A stretch of 64,000 nucleotides of DNA. Origin: Phoronis australis. Taxonomy: Eukaryota; Animalia; Phoronida. The DNA is taken from positions 143,299-207,298 of the forward strand of contig NMRA01000571.1 of assembly GCA_002633005.1 (NCBI GenBank). The letters run 5' to 3'. Of this stretch, positions 50,761-62,900 are shown in pieces; position 1 is the first letter of the stretch; every line of letters begins with the position of its first letter. Both the position numbers and the translations under genes were made by a program. The notes beneath the pieces are model-generated. The model was not told where the DNA came from, did not search any database, and saw nothing but the letters and a program-made list of their open reading frames with translations.

Positions 50761-52052
50761 TTAAGTTTTCCACGAATATTGTCAGATAATGCAAGAAGAG
50801 TTCGAAAGTGTGGGGTTTAATCTGAATTCCAACCGTCTTATTCGACAGTCTCGTGCCCTGCAAGTTTAAGGAACGGTGAAACATTGCGTCAAGAAAAGGG
50901 AGATAACTGTTAAGTCATTTTTGACTAAACTTTTGGGTCCTCAAACTACATGTAAAGGTTTCATGTTTTCTGTGTTATTTTCGTTTCAATCATTCTGACC
51001 GCATTGGATAATTAATATTTTTACCAGATGTAGTGACCAGGCGATGTGACGCCGTAACTTCCATGTAACACAGTGTTTCCACTTGGGTGTGTCCACTCAG
51101 CACACTGCGCCAAGGGGATCATTCCTTGAGTAGGTCCCCGCAGTGAAGTGGCGTCAACTAAACTTGCAAAGCGAGCGAGTAATGCAAAGTATAAACTGAG
51201 CCTTGTGATGTACACAAAATATGTTATTATTTATACTCTACCAGACAGGCCAATGAAAACCTCCCAGTTGGCCAAGGGACTGTACCATAAAAAATGACTT
51301 AGACTTACTACACAATTACTGAATAAAGACTAAGTCAAGTATTCAGGGCTTGTAATGACCCATGATAAAAAAGGAAATATTTCCAGGTGACGTATCTTTC
51401 GAAAAATAAATAGGGATATGTCAACGTTTCTTGCAGCTAAAGTTTACAACACAAACAATATTTCTAACTGAAAGGGACGTTTTTGCATAAATAAAGTCAA
51501 AATAATGATAAAAAATAGAAGAAAACAGAGAAAACTGAAAGTCAAAAAAGAGGAAATAGAAACCAAAAAGAGGAAATCCTCTTAAAAGAAAAAAATTCCT
51601 AACCCTGGGAATTTTGAGCCAACCACAGTGCAGAAATAATTTATAGAAATTATCTTGGTAATTAGTACTTATTCCTGTAATCTCAGAGATTTTGGACTAT
51701 CCTCACACAGACTAGAGCATGACTTAATTCAGAAATTTGGTAAACACTCGATCATACAACTATTTCTGAAAAATATTTAAATCTCACTTTAGCCAAAGTG
51801 CAGTGACTGCGAATACACAAAGAAGTGCTAGTTTCTGAGACAGTTTCTATTAAATCATTTCTGTTATGCTTTCATAATTACTTGACTAAATTTTTCCAGG
51901 AATTACGAAGTGGGAGAGTAAGACCAAATTTCTGTCTGAAGTCAATTTCCTGAAACATGACCCTAAAGAAAGCTTTGAACGCATAACAAAACAGCAAAGG
52001 AGGTAAATGACCTCAAAATTTTAAACACAAGTCAAACATAAGTCAAGTACAA

Positions 52053-52098
52053 CAACTAACTAGGCAACTAACTAGGCAACTAACTAGGCAACTAACTA
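52053..52098. repeat. 12-bp tandem repeat (CAACTAACTAGG) x ~4
   Basis: Read directly. Confidence 0.85.
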
Positions 52099-52792
52099 AA
52101 ACCCTTAGTTTTAGGTTATGTAGGACCATAGACAAATGTGCAAATTTGGCAAACCTCGGAACATCATATCACAAAACTGACTGATCCCTTTCATATGAAA
52201 TTTTCACATTCCACGCTTTAGGCAATGTTCTCAAAAACAGTGACAGTACATGTTTTCGAAATGTTCCACTTTTGCATGAAAGGCTATAACACAGTCGAAC
52301 TTTTGTGAAAAACAAGAAAATAAATTCGAAAATGGGTTTTGAGATTCTGTTTGGTCGTGTTAGTAATAATACCCTACTGTTTTGGACAAACATCTAAAAA
52401 AAATAATTTCAGGCAATTTGGTGCACAATGTACCAGACGTGCGCACGTGGTGCATGTGGACCCATTGAATTGATCAAGTGGAAACATTTTTGTGCTTCAC
52501 TAATATACAGTGCAAAGCTAAAACCGAGCTGAGGAGCTAGAAAACTAACTCAAGGGTCTAGCTGTGCAGCCCACTGAACACCTATCACACTAGGCCACAC
52601 TGCATCCTCTGGATACACCTTTACTTTTTGTAGTTTAACTAACAGCATGGCTACCTCAGTCAATTAATTTCACATCAGTATTAAGTCAAACATCAAATTC
52701 TACAAACTTTCAACTTCAAGAAGTATATATTAAACTTTAACAGAGTTAAACGTTATTTTCTTAGACTGGAGATGGGCTAGTTAACAGCCGCT

Positions 52793-53953
52793 TTAAGTTG
52801 GAATGCCTTTAGCATCTTGACTCGATGATCTCATCTTAGTTGTTGCTTGACCCAAGCATATCTTTTCTGCTTTTTTCTGCAAGATGCCCTCTATTCGCCG
52901 CTTCATACTGCGTTGCTGCCCAAATCTCACCTGGTGTACAAACTGAGGAAAACCCGAGTGGAGTCGCCCACTCTTCTCCTCAACACATCGGTTTGCCAGT
53001 AACTCCTTAGCAAGACGGGTCACATCACAACTGGGAAGATTGTCACCACCACTATCGCCACCTAGTGGAGCAGAAAGAACCACCACCCCCTTGGTCCCTT
53101 CCCTCTGACTGTTGTGTGCATTGACAAGCTCGCTGGTCTGACATCCAGATGCCTGATCCAAAGATGTCAGTCTGCATGATGCCTTTAAAGATTCCAGTCC
53201 TACGTCCATCTCCATGTTATTTCCAGCCCCGCCTGTGACGTTTATAGTGCGATTCCAAATCAGCTGCTGTGCCAGTTGAGCGCTTGTCGCACCGTTAACG
53301 TCGGCGAGAAGGTGAACACCAAGGGAGAAACACCTGTTGTTCCTCATCCGAACAAAATCATACAGGTCCCATTTCCAGTAGGTCAACATCCGCGGCCCGT
53401 CTGCCTCACGTATGGCATCTTGTCGCACCATCTCCCCTAGGCCCCTATGAAGAAGTGCTTTGGTATACTCGTACACGTGGTCTGGGTCGTTGCACTGTGC
53501 AGGCAAACAACGCTCGCGTACCACTAGACAAGTAAACTCTCCAAATTTCGAAGTACAGAGCTGATGGTAGAGACTACCACAGAGCACACAAGATGTCATT
53601 GGTTGTCCATAGGCTGGCTTATGACAAATGCGACACTCGTCAACACGAACTTCATCGGTGAATGGCGGACGAAATGCCTCCTCGAGAATATTATCCGTCA
53701 ATTCTTCAAACATCTCCCCCGCTTTGTCCACCATGAAAACACTTGGTGTCTTATCTGGGTCATCTAGCCCTAGGTACAAGCATGCCAAAGCGGTTACGTA
53801 AGACTCCGTCGCAAAATTCAGCAGATCAACAGCCGCAGGGAAGCTTTGCGTGACGTCATCGTGAACATTAGAGTGACAATAGGAGTACCTAATATAACGG
53901 AGGGTTCCAATATCTCTTGCACCCTCCTGATTGTCAAGCAAGCTGAAGGTATT
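52793..53953 (-). CDS. Terminal exon of the Academ-transposase-like gene (includes PHD finger)
   Basis: tttcag acceptor; 386 open codons; CRIC..CVLCGSLYHQLC..C PHD-like motif. Confidence 0.88.
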   Translation of the reverse strand, partial: NTFSLLDNQEGARDIGTLRYIRYSYCHSNVHDDVTQSFPAAVDLLNFATESYVTALACLYLGLDDPDKTPSVFMVDKAGEMFEELTDNILEEAFRPPFTDEVRVDECRICHKPAYGQPMTSCVLCGSLYHQLCTSKFGEFTCLVVRERCLPAQCNDPDHVYEYTKALLHRGLGEMVRQDAIREADGPRMLTYWKWDLYDFVRMRNNRCFSLGVHLLADVNGATSAQLAQQLIWNRTINVTGGAGNNMEMDVGLESLKASCRLTSLDQASGCQTSELVNAHNSQREGTKGVVVLSAPLGGDSGGDNLPSCDVTRLAKELLANRCVEEKSGRLHSGFPQFVHQVRFGQQRSMKRRIEGILQKKAEKICLGQATTKMRSSSQDAKGIPT

Positions 53954-56900
53954 CTGAAAGCAGTAACGATTTAGTAAAGTCACCTTCAAAATATTTCCCT
54001 TGGCTCTACTCTACTTTTTACTTCAGTTTTCTTTAAAATTTTGCCATTCGCTATTTGTGACGTATTTTTGGGCTGTGGTTATAATGGGCTGTTATTTAAC
54101 TTTTTAAACACAGCACCCATGGCATTTAAGCAAATATGATGCACTACCCACAAGGACACAATTGAATAAATGCGAGAACCTTGATAATGTATGACTCGGC
54201 ACAAAAATAGTTGACAAAATCGCCATGTAAGGGCTGACTTCTTAATACCTGATCAGTTTTACACCTTGCTGTTCTGTTGCAGGTAAATTTCTCATACTCT
54301 TTATTTTATTAAAGCCACAAGCTGTAACAGCAGTTGCTTATAGAGGTGAGAAGTGATTTCCGACTTTGCAAAGATCTGACAGTTGGTCATTTGTTGAAAA
54401 AATGTTTGGCGCATAAAATGACAGCCATGAAAAGGCAACCTGAAGAGTTTGATCTTGAGCATTTTCATTTCTTTCAAAGCCCCAAAATCACTTCTAATTT
54501 CACTAAGGAACAATTTGAGACCAATTTCATAACTGTACGCTAGGTTGTTAATCTTTGTGGCGGAATGTGAGTTGATACTGGTACCAAATTCAATGACATA
54601 AAACTCCATTTCAGCACTTGTTGTATTGGAAACAAGTGAAGAATCGGTGTACTTACAGCCAGCAGGACGCGTCGTTTGTGCCCTTCTTGTACGGCTTCAC
54701 AAAGTCCCTCAAGTCGACCCCACTGGGAGGAGGCGTCAGCGATGAGTTTCTTGGCGGTAGTTGTTCTCTCACAACTCAACCCATCCCCGTACAGTATGAC
54801 TGGCCGTGGTCTCATCTGGCCAGATGTTCCTGGGACGTACTGGTGCAAGTGTCGCAGTACATCTACCATTTCTGTGCTCTTCCTAGTGTTCAATGGGGTC
54901 AGAGGAATCTAAAATGAGCAAAGGTTAATATGTAACATTTCGATATTTCCTGAAAAGTGGCCTACTAAAAAGTAAATGTATGCCATTTCAAAAACATATT
55001 TTTGGAAACGTAACATCATCTCCTTAACTGAAGATCAATGGAGTTGCTGTTCAAATGTTAATAATAACAGTTAAAGGGTATGTTTCACAAAAAGAGATTT
55101 AAGCCAGAATTTTGTCTCATGCTGATAGTTCACCCATTACTCGCTAGCAGTGACTGTAGCAATTGGCCTAAGTACCGTGTCGACCTTTTTGGAATAAATT
55201 ATTTCACATAATTATGAAGCTATTGCCCTGGTATTACTATCATGGTCTATAGCAATGAACTGTAAATTCCGGAAGTCATTTCTCATTTGAGTACTAGTTA
55301 ACAAGTTGAGAAAATATCCTGGCATGGTGATTTATTGCCGCCTAGAAACTTAAGTCTGAAGATTTTTCGGTGCGCCGTGTAAAAAATATAATTTACAAGA
55401 TTAAAATGATACTGACTCTTTGATCAAGCTGATTCTCTTTCCCCTGAAAAAATCAGTTTATTCGAAACTCCACGATCATTTTATCTTGAAAATTTTTATT
55501 TTTACATCTGTTCACTCTTTCCCTTAAATTGAACAACGCAGTTCATTCGTAATGTCGGGGTCATTTTATATCGAACATTGAAAGTTCAGCACAGCAAACC
55601 AAAAGGTTTTAAAGCCGTAGCAGGTCTAAATCAGAAGTTAGTTTCTATGATGAAAAATGCATTTTTGGTGGCCGTTTTTAAAGATAAACTTACAATGACG
55701 GACTTCTCTTTAGATTCACTGAAGTGTTCGTGTTCCACATGGTTTAAAATGTCAACGGTGGAGAACAAATGAGGAAGGTTTTTCTTGAGCAGTCTTTGAA
55801 CGATCACCCGGTATCCATTGCTGAAATGAATAGTTGCTTTACATCCTATGGTAAAATCTCACCCATTTTGGACAAAAAGAATAATAAGTACTATATTGCC
55901 CTTTTCTCATTTTTCAATTTCAAAACTGGCATTGTTTGACGGAAACCACAGAAGCTGAGAAATCATTAAATTCGTTGCTTCAAATCATGGAAAAAATGAG
56001 AAAATAAAATTTCAATTGGCGACCATAATGTGTCTAAAATTGGTGAAATTTTATTGTATTAAACGAAGACGTCTGCACGTGGCTTATTGCTTCTGTTAAG
56101 AATTAACCTTTGTTGCCTCACAGCCTTATCCTGTTTCTTCTCAGTTTAAGTGCTTTTTGGGCTTGGGGAGAAAGGACAGTTTTATGTTCCGTACATCACG
56201 GCGCCACCTAAGATGATACAGGCACAATGGATGTGCGTAGGAATCAGTGCGCACGACGTGCTTTGGACGTTTGTCACATACACATGGTGTGAAAGTGAGT
56301 CGGAAAGGTACTAAATAGTTTTCATTTTGTTGCTTTTTCTATGCTTTATAATGTTGTGTGTGCTGAATTTGTGTGCACTGCATCGAGTTTGTCCCTTGTG
56401 CTTCAACAACAGCAAGCCACGTTAAGGCATTTGAGAATACATGGAACAATATACTGATACCTTTCTTAAAACCAATGGGAATGTCTGTTGTTAGTTTCCA
56501 ACCAATGAGAATGCCCAAATTATACCTCATTCTGTTAACCAATGGGACGCCGTGTTACACGACTCACAGTCTGCCCAACCTATCATAGTGTTGGGAAAGA
56601 GTGCAAGTTCACTACTGCTAAACACCTTGGTCATTACATTGGCCCAAGCCACTGCTGGTCATTATGCAGCCAAAGCATTTCAACAAGTAACAAATTATCT
56701 CGGTAACTAACACAGTTATGGGTCTATTCTCGGAAACTTAACTACAGTGAGTTTCAATACACCTTATTCATGCAGTCGCCATTTTGGTGGTGAGCCTCTT
56801 TTTAGGTTTAAAAAACAATGCATTCGAGACATAAATATAACGAGGCACGCGAAAAGTCACGCTACGCACTGTGATTTAGCACAGAATGCATCGGTTTTAA

Positions 56901-59900
56901 AACCTAAAAAGAGGCTCACTTTTAATATGGCGACTGCGGGCGTGAATAAGGTGTATTGTTTTTCACAATTCGTCATGTGCCAAACTTCTGACTTAAGTCA
57001 TTAAGACCCTTTTCATCACACTGACTGTTGGTAAAATCTTTGGAAAATCTACCGTAAGCACAAGTAATCATCGTGGTCAGGACGGAAAGCATCTAAGGTA
57101 ATCTTCATAATATCAGCCGGCGAAGGCATCTTGTCACTTAAGTGACAGGTAGGTACTCTGTTCCTTGCGGCATAAGCCTGCACCAGCTCAGGACGCCGAG
57201 GGCGGAGTTTCTCTTTTACCCCAAAACATAAAGTATAGTCCATTCCCATGGCACCTGTAATTGATTCCAGCACAAGTTGTTTGTGAAAAGTCTTTTCCAA
57301 ATGATCTGGTGAAGTGACTTAAAGCCTATCTTAAACACTAAGACCTGCAAATTTGGTTCCTACAGTTTGTTAAGACTGAGCATCGCTCTGAACCCACCAG
57401 TGCCATACATTGGCAAATGTAATGAACTGATAGGTGCTTTTGCCTACATCTCTGTGTAAATCCCATTTTAATGCAAACAGCTGCAAATAACACCCACACA
57501 CAATGGTGTACTATTCAGACATCTATTCAACACAACTGCTATTGGCCTTTTCTTGCTCATACTGGGTTCTGGCCCTGATGCAATATGGCATGAAAAGGCA
57601 ACTTATAAATAACCTAACATTTGAAAGGCTTACATCTGTGTGATTAAACTCTTACATTTTTATTTGGCTATTAAGTCTTTGCTGGGACTATTTGGTGAGC
57701 CCAATACATTTGAAATAAGAGAAATTCTGTTCCTCATTGTAAATATTACATAAATAAATAATAAATAAATAAAAATTCTGTTCAAGGTAAGCCTTATTGA
57801 TCAAGCCAGAAAATTAGTCTTACGCTCCACACAACTATTTTAAAAAAATAATTAAATTTCAGGTTGAGCAAAAGTGCCAAGTCTCTTCAGTATTCTCCAC
57901 ACTCAAAAATAAAACCACTTTTAAAATTTAGACAGGTTGCAGCATATGCCTATCATAGTGAAAACACACAAATTACATCTTTTTATTCAAAATAAAAAAC
58001 AACTGTGCCTTGTGCTATCTAAACAGGTCAGAGGCAAAATCAAACAGGTCGCGACGACCTGTTAAAACAGGTCACGGAGAACACTGCTCTTTTAGTGCAG
58101 ACATAACTGTCACTTATTGAGAAAATTTCTGTACATTATTTCTAGACTGCAATGTACTCCTAGTTGCATGACTGAAACTTCATACAGCAACAGTGAAGTG
58201 GAAACATTAGATAAAATATTGGTCTTAATCTTACGACACTTCTATTGCAGTATTCTGCTCCAAGGCAATATCTCAGGTAACTTTAATTCGTGAAGTTTTG
58301 GTTTTCAAGCTAGGTGCTTGTAATGTCTAAACTTTCCTAATATTGAAACGTCATTCCTTGTACACTCTAGCGTCGTTTTGCTTTCAACTTTCTGCCTCTA
58401 ATTTGGCCAAAAGCTAAATGTTACTATGCCACCTTTTATGAACATGCTCATGGATATATGACGTACTGGTGAGGTCCATTTCTGGCAAGGAAAATATATC
58501 AGGACATAAGTAAACTGTCATAAAATCATAGGTTTTTCCAACTTTTGAAGAAGCAAAACAGAAGTTTATATTTTTTCCAAAGCGTCAAAGCAATAATAAC
58601 TTTTTGCAGCTTCTATTGATAAGACTGAAATATGCGAATTTTACGTCAAGACAACCTTTAGATAACTACATTGATCAACTTTATTGTTTGCGTCTGCATT
58701 CACTCTCACTGAACAAACACGAATGACTTGCTCAGACTGTGCTCACCCAGAGTGCAGCATATGAATGCAGGCTCAAGACACTGGTTTTTTTTGGGCCGAT
58801 GACATCACTTCCTATAGTTTCATGACAAGTACATACATGCCAATGGAACAGTAATTTACACATAAATGTCTCTAGAATATAACCAGAGATGTAAATATGA
58901 ATTTTTATTAAAAGTAAAACCAACACTGGTTGTTTTTCCCTATCATAATTTTTCTGAAACAGTTGTGAGCAGCGTTGGAAGAAATTTCTGACATTTCAGG
59001 TCACTTTCCGTAAAGAGGACCCCAGGGTTTAAACCAATCATATTAGTTACAGATTAGACACTGATTTCACGGGGTGCAATTTCTTAATTTAAAAAGCTTT
59101 TTCACAGCCCTCTTTGTATGCACAGTAATTCTCTGACATTCATTTCACACAAAAGTAATTGCCTAAATTGCAATTTGCCGTTATTCAAAATCTGATTATT
59201 TTACTGCAAACAAGGAAAAATTGACTAAAAGTTGTTTTATGGCATCCACATAGTACAAACCATGCTACACTGTAGTTACGGACTAAATTTTTCATGCTGT
59301 TTATTTCTAAGGCACATTTTACAAAATGGAATTTCACTAGTCAGTCATATTGTGTGCTCACTTTTAGTAAAAGTAGGAGATTAATTGCTGTAAACTACTT
59401 TTCTGACCGAGTAGTAATTTCTTATGACCGTCTCGGGCATTATTTAGAAATTCCTAATACAGGTGCTTGACTGACCCAACAACGCTGTGTCCAGTGGGGA
59501 GACACCACTTGCAGTCCTCGGATTGGTCGACAATGTGCCAGAACCTAAAAAAAATGGAGAAAGTAAACAAATTTTGTGAAACGATAACTCACGACAATGA
59601 AGTATGGTAATATGTCACCAGTTGAGGACACAACATGGCGTGGGATGAAATTTTATTTTTTCATCTGTTGCTTTCCATTAGAAGTGAAACTTCACTTTTA
59701 CTGAAGTTTCGGTAAGTGGAAAAGGTGAACTCCCGCTATTAAAGTGCGAGCGATATTTCGCTAAAATAGTAGGACTTAAAAGTAAAGCTTCTGTACTCGC
59801 TGAAACTTACGTATGATGGGAACGAAGTTTCGTCGAAGTTACTGGCAGAGGTTGTGGCAAGGATACACGATCACGCGAGATTTGTAAACTGTTCTGTGTG

Positions 59901-62900
59901 TACCATAGCCGACATGCTCTTAATAGAGTCTCAATAAAAGAAAGCATATCTGATCATTTTCATCAACATTCGTAAATGGCAATTTTCAGTTAGCCTGGAA
60001 GTCACTACTCAATGTTCGTTTGAGAGTACAAAATAAAATAAATTGCGATCTCTGAGGTCTACTCTGACGACTGAATCGTCATCTAGTGATAACTTCATAG
60101 ATATCGTTGTCTAGTTAAAACTTTTCATGTGGCACTCTTTCCAGCAATGAGAGTACGAAAATGTCTTCCGCTATACCCCGGCTCAGATTTGGCAGACAGA
60201 AATACATTAATACATAGTGGTTCAATAAAAACAGAGGAATAAATTCAACAGTCAACCCCTCCCCCCCTCCCATTGAATGTTTGATTAGCTAGCCTTTACT
60301 AATAAATACATAACAGCTTTTTGTCACCGGCTGGGATTGAAATTCTTTCGCTTTATCAGCCACAGTCTCAGGGTTTGTCGCGGATTTTTTCCGTATGTTG
60401 GACCCGAACGGCCAATAAATTTTCATTTAAGGTTGAGTAGAACCCTAGAAAAATGGCTAAATGTGACTAAGTTGAAAATATCACACCTCAGAAATGGATG
60501 ATCGGATTCATGTGAGACTTTCAGATACTGTGTATCATGAAGAGTCCTTAAAAATACTGTTACGAATTGTCTGTAAAATGTGTCACTAGTGCATGAGAGA
60601 CTATCGAAAAACAGAACGTTTATAATTTTTTTGAAAAATTAAATGCTGCATAAAATGAAAAAATGATAATAATTAAGGATGGAAAATGAAAACTGTAAAA
60701 TGTTCAGGATAAAATTCGGTCATGTTACTGAATAAGATACCGTTGTNGAACCCTAGAAAAATGGCTAAATGTGACTAAGTTGAAAATATCACATCTCAGA
60801 AATGGATGATCGGATTCGTGTGAGACTTTCAGATACTGTGTATCATGAAGAGTCCTTAAAAATACTGTTACGAATTGTCTGTAAAATGTGTCACTAGTGC
60901 ATGAGAGACTATCGAAAAACAGAACGTTTATAATTTTTTTGAAAAATTAAATGCTGCATAAAATGAAAAAATGATAATAATTAAGGATGGAAAATGAAAA
61001 CTGTAAAATGTTCAGGATAAAATTCGGTCATGTTACTGAATAAGATACCGTTGTTCTGTCATGAGAGTACCTTTCATTTTTGCAAAAACTTTACTCAAAA
61101 CACGTATTACCTGACTTACAACAGAATGGTATGAAGTTCATAATAATAATAATCCTACAGTCTTTGCACTTTCAGAACTACCGAGCTAAAATCTATAGTT
61201 TTGTAGATACTTGGCTAAATAAACTTGACTAATAAGGCAACTTTGGGCAGTGATTCTGTAAAACAGATTATCAAAGACAGCAACACGCAGACAGAACGAG
61301 CAATCAAGGTGGTCTGTACACTTATGTGTTGTAACAACGGCGCGTTAAGTAATCCCCTTGTCTGTCCAGAGTCCGACTTCAGCCTAGTCACAATCTTGTA
61401 TTCACGCCCAGGTTAATAAAATGTTTATTCATTTTCACGAAAAATTATTTACAAAACAATTTAAGGAAGACAATTGTTTCTGCTGCCTTACCAATGGTGA
61501 CTACCCTGGTAAAAACTCAACCTAACAGTGGCAAGTGAGAACAGTTAAACATTTCCCAGAAAATGCAGATTGTCCCAAAAGAACCAACATTCAGGACAGC
61601 ATACCTATCGCTGAGGGCTCAACCAATGGGTCAATGTCTGAAGCCGTCATAGAAACATCTCCCGTCTCTTCGGCTGGAAAATTAAGGTTTAGAAATTTTA
61701 CAAATTACCTAAAAATGTCAACATATCCTCACTTTCAAGATGAAATCTTCAAATTAATCCTATGCTTATTATATTTCGTAAAATTTCAATAACCAATCTC
61801 ATGCTTGGTCAAAGTTAACAGCACACCACCTTATTTTACATTTTTCTCCAACTCCGAATTTCTTTGCTTCCTATGGTTAGCTTGAAAATATCTATAAATC
61901 AAATGTGTGAAAAATAGGCAGGTGACCTGGTGCCTTCTATGGCCATTGCATTGATCACCTGGGCCCCTGTGCTAATCTTTTTACTCGAAATGGAACTCAA
62001 AATTATGTTTGGCATTTTCTATTCTACTGTTGTGCGAATTCAGGAAATTCTGTGTTCAAGTACATAATGACTTACGGGGACATTTTTTGGTTCTAATTTG
62101 CAGTGGATAAACCCAACATTAAGCCTAAAAGTTCGAGTTTGAACTTGAAATTTTGAGTTTTTACTCGAGTTTGTAGCACGAATATATGGGTCATCAAGTG
62201 CAATCTTAGACTAGAAATTCATATGTGTAAACTACGATGTTTTCGAGCACACTCTAATAACCACTTATCTCAAGTTCCCACAAAAGTAGCAGAGAAATTG
62301 CCAAAATAATTTCGAGTTCATTTCGAGTACAAAGATTAAATTCCAGGCTCAGGAATCAAAGTGATGCCTCGGCATGGGGTTCCTCTAAGTTTTCCAATCC
62401 TGTCATTTTCTCAGGAAATTAAAAATGCAGAAAGGCTATGTAAACCAGGCTTCATTATCAAAAAAAAAATATAAATCAATTTGTTAGATCAGTCAAATTT
62501 GGGACACATTTCCTCAAGGTAGCAGCCGCTGCGCAAACTTCAATTCGATTGCTCATCAGTAACACAATTCAATCTTATCTATCTTGAGTGAATTACGCCA
62601 CCAAGCCAAACCAATTTTCGCACCGACTACAGCCCAAAATAAAGAAATTCCACAATCGGTTCACGTGCGACAATGCAACTGAAGCTGTGTACTCAACAAA
62701 GTCTGCCACGTTGCAAGCAGTTTGGCAAGCTGAGTGATAAACCTCGAATACGGTAGTTCCAAAAATTAATTTCACTTCCTCTTGGTACAACAATTGTTCA
62801 TCATTATCGTACAACAAAATCAACAGAATAATGGCAAGTGAGAAGAAAAGAACATTTCACCAAAAATAAAAAAAATTGTCATACCTGTCATGGACTCGGC

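Noticed and set aside
56461-56530. Candidate exon MRYNLGILIGWKLTTDIP for the Academ-like gene
   Set aside because: It ends in phase 1, which is incompatible with the next exons. 55694-55820 fits both phase and family motifs.
57369-57480. Candidate exon LFALKWDLHRDV after a ttgcag acceptor
   Set aside because: It hits a stop without a convincing donor and has no family motif.
60440-61054. 307-bp tandem duplication as a biological event
   Set aside because: The copies abut an N and are nearly identical, which is typical of an unmerged allelic contig overlap.
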